A stretch of DNA of 64,000 bases from Squalus acanthias (Eukaryota). The notes under the pieces were generated by a model. It was not told the DNA's origin and did not search any database. It was given only the letters and a program-made list of their open reading frames with translations. Shown here in pieces: positions 58,785 through 64,000 of the stretch; position 1 is the first letter of the stretch; each line of letters opens with the position of its first letter. Position numbers and translations under genes: made by a program. The DNA lies in NCBI GenBank assembly GCA_030390025.1, contig CM059432.1, positions 133,054,001 through 133,118,000 on the forward strand, given 5' to 3'.

Positions 58785-61412
58785 GGGCTGGATTTTGTGG
58801 GCGGGCTGGGGCATGTCAGGTGGAAATCGTGTCAGGACCCCGACTCCTAAGTGAAGTGCTGAAAAAGTGGGAATTTCCCCTAATTGGGCAATTGATTTCC
58901 TGCGTGTGGGAACACCTGGCCCAATGAGTCTTTTCATACAGAAAGTCACCTCCGATGATGTCATCAATGCTGCTGGATTTAAGACCTGCAAGCAGCCTTG
59001 CTTCCTCTGGAGACTGCAAAGACTCTGCAAATTGTATGAAGGTGTTGATTTCCCGACAATGTCCACGATCAAGCAAAAGTGTGCACTTCGGTTTGATGAG
59101 CCCTCCCTCCAAGCTCTGGTGCACGGAGCCAGATGTAATAAGGTGGTGCTGTTCCCTTCCTTAGGGAGAAAGAAGCCACCCCAGCAGACAAAAGCTGTGT
59201 GGCTGCAAGTGGCCCAGGAGGTCAACTCCATTTCGCTGAGCCACAGAACCTGGCTGCAATGCAGGAAGAGGTTTCATGATCTTCTCCGCACAGGAAAAGT
59301 GAGTATGACTTTCCCATCACCCTCAATCTGATCCCCATCGCCTCTCCTCACCAGCACTCTGCTTTGCCAACCTCTTCCTCCACATGCCACTTGACACTTA
59401 CATGCCTGCACCCTTACCCATTCCCTCTCTCTCAAAGGTCACATTCACTTAACTATTCGACCATGCAGCCCTCACACTCCCTATCACTGTGATGCCATGA
59501 GAACAACAACTTTCAACACACAGTGATGGTCCTTTGTATCCTTCTAAGCATCTATGCTATGGATTATCTACACTCACTCTTTCATTCTCACTCAAACTCC
59601 ACTTGTGTCCCTCATTGCAGAAAAAGAGAGCCCACAATAAGAGGGAAAGAGCCATGACAGGAGGATGGCCACCCTCAGTAGCCCAGCTCACCGCCTTGGA
59701 GGGTTACTGTGAGTGTCGAGCGAATGGAGGAGTCCATCGCGAACATGAGCAGAGCCTTTGTGGAGGCATTGGCGCATGAACGCATCACCACGGAAAGGAT
59801 GGCAACCTCCGTGGAAAGGATGGCTACAGTAGAGGAGAGGATGGCTACGGCCATGGAGGAGCTAAGTCGCCAGAGTGTAGAAAACATGGTCATTGTTCAG
59901 AATAGACTGACATCTCTTGAAGAGCGATGGTCAGCTACTGAGCATAGAAACCAGACCTTCATGGAAGTCCTCTGGAGTAGGGCTTCCAGTGCAGAAACAG
60001 GTCCTCATGGCCCCCCTGAAGTGCAGCAAGGTGCTGTCAAGCCACTTGCTAGCTCTGAAGTGGGGCTGAACCATGAGAGGGATGTTGGTGGCAGACAACA
60101 AGGAAGTGGGGGCTCCTCTCCAAGCGCTCAAACGACCATGCCACTGCAAAGCCCTCGGTCAGAGCCCCACCAGAGTCCTCACCCAACTGAGATGGGCGTC
60201 TCATCCCCTGCACAGCCGCAGGAGCAGCAGACTGTTGCCGAGCCCTCACAGGTTCGCAACCCCAGAGGACGCCCGCCAAAGGTGTCGAGACAGGAGCAGC
60301 AAGAAAGTAAGCAAGGGGCCTCCACATCTGCTGAAGCCACAGGGGAAGCACCACGTAGGAGCACGCGTAAGAGGAAGATAAAGCACAAGTAGTCACAAGG
60401 GTAGTCACTTGGGTGTTATGTTGTGTTTATTTTTGAAATGCCACCAGTTGCTTGTTGTGATAAAAAAATTCTGATGGCAAACTGTTGAAGTTGTGGCCTG
60501 TGTCATTTCGCAAATGGGACTTCCACATTGAGGGCTTAGAGCGACTTGCAATTGTCAGTATGGTGGTCAGAGTGATAGGAATCCGCAGGTTCTTGCCCAT
60601 TGTCGATGCTCTGGTAAGAAGGTGCGAGGCAAAAGTGTTTGATTGTACAGGCTAAGCAAATGTGACCAACATGAGTGCGTCCCTTGCATCCCGGTCAGCA
60701 ATATTGTCGCGCTCTGGCGACTTCTGGCCTGTGCATCTTCAGGTGGGTGACTAGCAGCTTGGCGCTCCTGGTGATGCTCCTGCTGTTGGTGCTGCTGCTG
60801 TTGCTCATGGTTCTGCTGCTGCCGCGGCTGGTCTTCATCTGAATCTGATGTCCAGGAGGAAAGGAATTAAATGGTCGCCATGCTTCTGGTATATGCCTCA
60901 GTTGAGGAAGCGCTTAGTCAAGGTGGGGAGAGGGGTTTCCCAGGAGGTCACACTGGAGATGGGTGTCAGGCTCCAAACTTCCACAACACTGAGTATGCCT
61001 GCTAAAAGTTCCCCCAGACCTGAAACAACAAAGTTCTGCCACCTGCAAGTGATCATTGGTGAAAACTCCTTTGTAATGGTGGAGCTGCAGCTGTTCATAA
61101 GCAATCCACTTGTGAGGCCGCCAGGATTACCTGGCGTGTTCCAGAGGAGGCATGAGGGATGGGGGGAAATGACTAAAAATCGGAAAGGCCTGTCAAAATG
61201 GGATTATAGAGGCTATTAAGTGGTTGTTACGGGCCTTAAGGGCCTATCCCGCCTCATGAGGCGGGATGGAAAGGGGGTCAGAAAACACGCTTTTGGGAAA
61301 ATTGCTCGGAGGCGGGATGGAGGCGGGATGGATCCCGCCCGCCATTTTTGGCGATTTTAACAACTCACACGCTTCCAATCCCTGCCTCCTCAGGCCTGGC
61401 AAAATCGAGCCC
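58785..61412 (+). mobile_element. Inner Harbinger deletion derivative (element C), lacking the DDE core
   Basis: TIRs gggctggattttg (58785-58797) and caaaatcgagccc (61400-61412) match 12/13. Myb gene on +. A transposase-tail-like DRDARDALMLVTFA* ends at 60652 on -. Confidence 0.8.
59059..60392 (+). pseudogene. Myb/SANT partner gene of element C (exon 1 59059-59298; exon 2 from 59621, joined out of frame to the 59709-60392 frame)
   Basis: RFDEPSLQALV...VWLQVAQEVN...RTWLQCRKRFHDL followed by gtgagt, at the same intron position and phase as A and B. KKRAHNKRERAMTGG resembles AKLAHNRRQQQRTGG. C-terminal PRGRPPK and RRSTRKRK. Confidence 0.82.
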
Positions 61413-61732
61413 TTTGACTTCTTGGACAGATATATGTGCACCTTTGGAAGTGGCTTAGTGAGTTGCAGTGACTGGTGAGACATAACGGTACCCCCCGCAA
61501 TGGCGATGAGTGTGAAAGGAATTGCTTGGGCATTGTAGGGATGCTTTATGTGGTGTGGGGCGGTGCCAACCTGGCGCACCATATGGCAGCCAGGGTGTAC
61601 AGCATCAAGTGAAGTAAATCTGGGTATGGTGAGGCCATCCCTGGCGTCCTGGGCAGCAATGTGGTCGGGTGCTGATGCCCTGTGTCCTGTGCAGCACCAG
61701 CTGATTGCGGAGAAGGTTGGTGTTGTTGTTGG

Positions 61733-61794
61733 TACTGCTGGTGTGCCTGGTGCTGCTGGTGTGCCTGGTGCTGCTGGTGTGCCTGGTGCTGCTG
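61733..61794. repeat. 18-bp tandem repeat, about 3.4 copies (tgctgctggtgtgcctgg)
   Basis: Direct inspection. Confidence 0.85.
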
Positions 61795-62961
61795 ATCGTG
61801 GTGGGATTCTGAGGACCAAGGTGAGATAGTTTCAAGGGCACTGATGCTGATGGAATAGATGGCAGGTGAGGTTGAGATGACAGAAGCGATCTGTCAATGG
61901 TGAGAGAGGTTGTTCCAATGTGGTGACACTGGATGGAGAGTTTGCTCCAAACACTTGCAAGCTGCATAAAGCTCAATCTCTCTTCCAAATGCAGTAAGCA
62001 ACAACTTCTAAACTTGGAAAGTGAACAACAATGGAAATGGGAGCTTTTATAGACCATTTGCAGTTGTCAAGTAAAGAAATCGTCACATGATGACACAACA
62101 CCCGACCTCCTTACCTGACGTGATCCCCGAGCAAAATTTTCCGAGCTGACCCACCACCAAATGTGCCTGCTGACCCCCCGAAAAATTCCCCCCAATGAAT
62201 TCAAAGGACCTGTCTTTATGTATGTGAACCTCATGCAAGACTGCCTCCAAACTAAAATGAGTTATTTTGTCACTTTAATTGAAGAAATTTATGCAGACAA
62301 TGTTAATTCAGAAGGAATATCAAATAGTGTGGTCTTCTTTATACTTGCAGTAAGCACAACTTGTATCTAGCATGTCCCCATCACTTTGCTGAAAGCATTG
62401 GCACATTGGAAAATAAAATATGCCTTCATTCCCAGTTGGGTGCAACTGGTGTAACAGTTTATCAATCTCCAACATATAAATATATCAATGACGTTGGGAA
62501 CAGGTTCGAGTGGGCAATTGTCACTGAGCTGTCACTGATAGACAAATAACCAGCTGTTTGTGTCAGTTCCCGCCACAGCCTCCCCTTTTCCTGGGGCTTT
62601 CACAGACCTATATTGAAATCTATAAAACAATCAAAAGTACATTGCTCTCTGAATTTCTGAAGTTGTATCCTCCAGATAATTTTTTTTTGAAAGCGGTTTA
62701 AATGTTATTGTGGTAATCTATTTACTGGCGGCCTTACTTTTTAAGCAAGCCTGAGCAAACAGAAATCACTGACTGATTTTTAAATGAAGCTGAAACTACC
62801 GAGTAAAAGTGATTGAGGCTGTTGAAGGCCAAATGTTGTCACTGTCTGGGAGCTGGCCATTGCTTCTCCCTCCCACCATGCAGGCTGTGTAGGATGTCAT
62901 CTTTGTAGTCTTTTGATGTGCAAATATTGCCATACCTACTTTAAAATGCTGCATTTGGGTA

Positions 62962-63320
62962 CTAGCCGTGGCTCAGTGGGTAGCACTCTTGGTCACTCTG
63001 TGTCAGAAGGTTGTGGGTTCACAGTCCCACTCCAGAGACTTGAGTATAAAAATCTAGGCTAACACTAGGCTAACAGTGCAGTGCTGAGGGAGTGCTGCAC
63101 TGTCAGAGGTGCTGTCTTTCGGATGAGATGTTAAAATCAAGGCCGTGTCTGCCTTTTCAGGTAAAAGTAAAAGATTGCCATGTGCAAAAAATTGGCTGCA
63201 GCATTTCCTACATTACAACAGTGACTGCACTTCAAAAGTACTTCATTGGCTGTAAAGTGCTTTGGGACATCCTGAGGTCATGAAAGGCGTTATATAAATG
63301 CAAGTCTTTCTTTCTTTCTC
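62962..63320 (+). mobile_element. SacSINE1-like SINE with an internal deletion
   Basis: gtggctcagtgggtagcac head and tail present; the central part of the body is missing at about 63180. Confidence 0.85.
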
Positions 63321-63849
63321 TCTAGCCCAGGAGCGCAAAGGCCAACTCTAGGAGTCCAATTGCTACCTGGCTGAGATGAGCAAACTCAACGGACATAGAA
63401 GTGAACCTGGGACCCTCTGGCCTGTTGGCTCAGTGCTCAACTGCATGGTGCAGGTCTTTCTTTCTTTCTTTTACTCATGAGGCAAAATTCTATGGAAATT
63501 CCCATGGCACATCGACAGAGACAAGGCATCCTGTTAACCGCCTTTAGGAACTAAGGTACAAGCGTTGTGATTTCTTCACATGACACTTCCTTTCCTATGT
63601 GAGTTGTTTAGTTTCAGGGTTCTGTTGTCTTCTACACTTTCCCGTCCACCGTGGTCCAGTCATAAAATCAACGAGGTCCGCTTCATTCTCTCCGCGCGGT
63701 GTGGCACGGCGAATCACGGGACTCAGCTGATCCCAGGCGGATGAGACGTACTCCTGGTATTCAGCCACATCCGTTTCAGTGTTGTCTTTCCATCAGCCAA
63801 AGCTCTCAAAGCAGGAAATGAACTCTATTGCTCGATACTAGAATTTTTT

Positions 63850-64000
63850 TTCGAATTAATTCTCGGGATGTGGGTGTTGCTGGCAAGGCTGGTATTTAAT
63901 GCCTATCCCCAGTTGCCCAGAGAAGGTGGTGATGGTGGGCTTTCTTGAAACACTGGAAGTGGTTTGGATACAACTGGATCACTTCAGAGGGCAACTAAGA
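63850..64000 (-). mobile_element. 3' part of a SINE related to the 19090-22131 LINE
   Basis: The reverse complement joins ttgccctctgaa...cagttgta (LINE 5' region) to caccaccttctc.gggcaa...ccttgccagc (LINE 3' end). Confidence 0.7.

Larger units (their letters stand above)
57968..62193 (+). mobile_element. Outer non-autonomous Harbinger derivative (decayed Myb exon at about 58240-58465; transposase C-tail remnant at about 61605-61820 on -)
   Basis: LMEGVTARREVLFPSHGRKRPP and WLHIAQE...LQWRKPFNDL. The minus strand has AAQDARDGLTIPRF, resembling ARAVRQRLIASRF. aat on both flanks; the TIR match is weak. Confidence 0.6.

Noticed and set aside
63594..63795. CpG-rich open frame on the minus strand (DVAEYQEYVSSAWDQLSPVIRR...)
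   Set aside because: It is bounded by an upstream stop with no clear acceptor, and I recognise no homolog, so it cannot be supported without a search.

Overview
Eukaryotic, repeat-dominated DNA, most likely from a cartilaginous fish (inferred from abundant SacSINE1-like Deu-domain SINEs together with L2, CR1, RTE and Penelope elements). No host gene can be identified with confidence; only a few candidate exons are visible. The centre is a PIF/Harbinger cluster. Element A (29170-35599) sits inside a larger non-autonomous TIR element (28798-36054), has both genes damaged, and carries a 5'-truncated but stop-free Penelope RT/GIY-YIG ORF with an 11-bp TSD, an in-frame ATG supplied by the target site, and a hammerhead ribozyme. 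Element B (36461-40606) looks intact (DD35E transposase plus a convergent 3-exon Myb/SANT gene of about 481 aa with an AT-hook) and is inserted in the 3' microsatellite tail of a near full-length CR1. A second nest (57968-62193) holds two Harbinger derivatives that kept Myb sequence but lost the DDE core. A LINE at 19090-22131 begins with a tRNA-derived SINE-type head and has no ORF1, and SINEs joining the same head and tail occur elsewhere in the window. All calls come from reading the sequence by eye. Repeat-fragment boundaries are approximate unless TIRs or TSDs are quoted.
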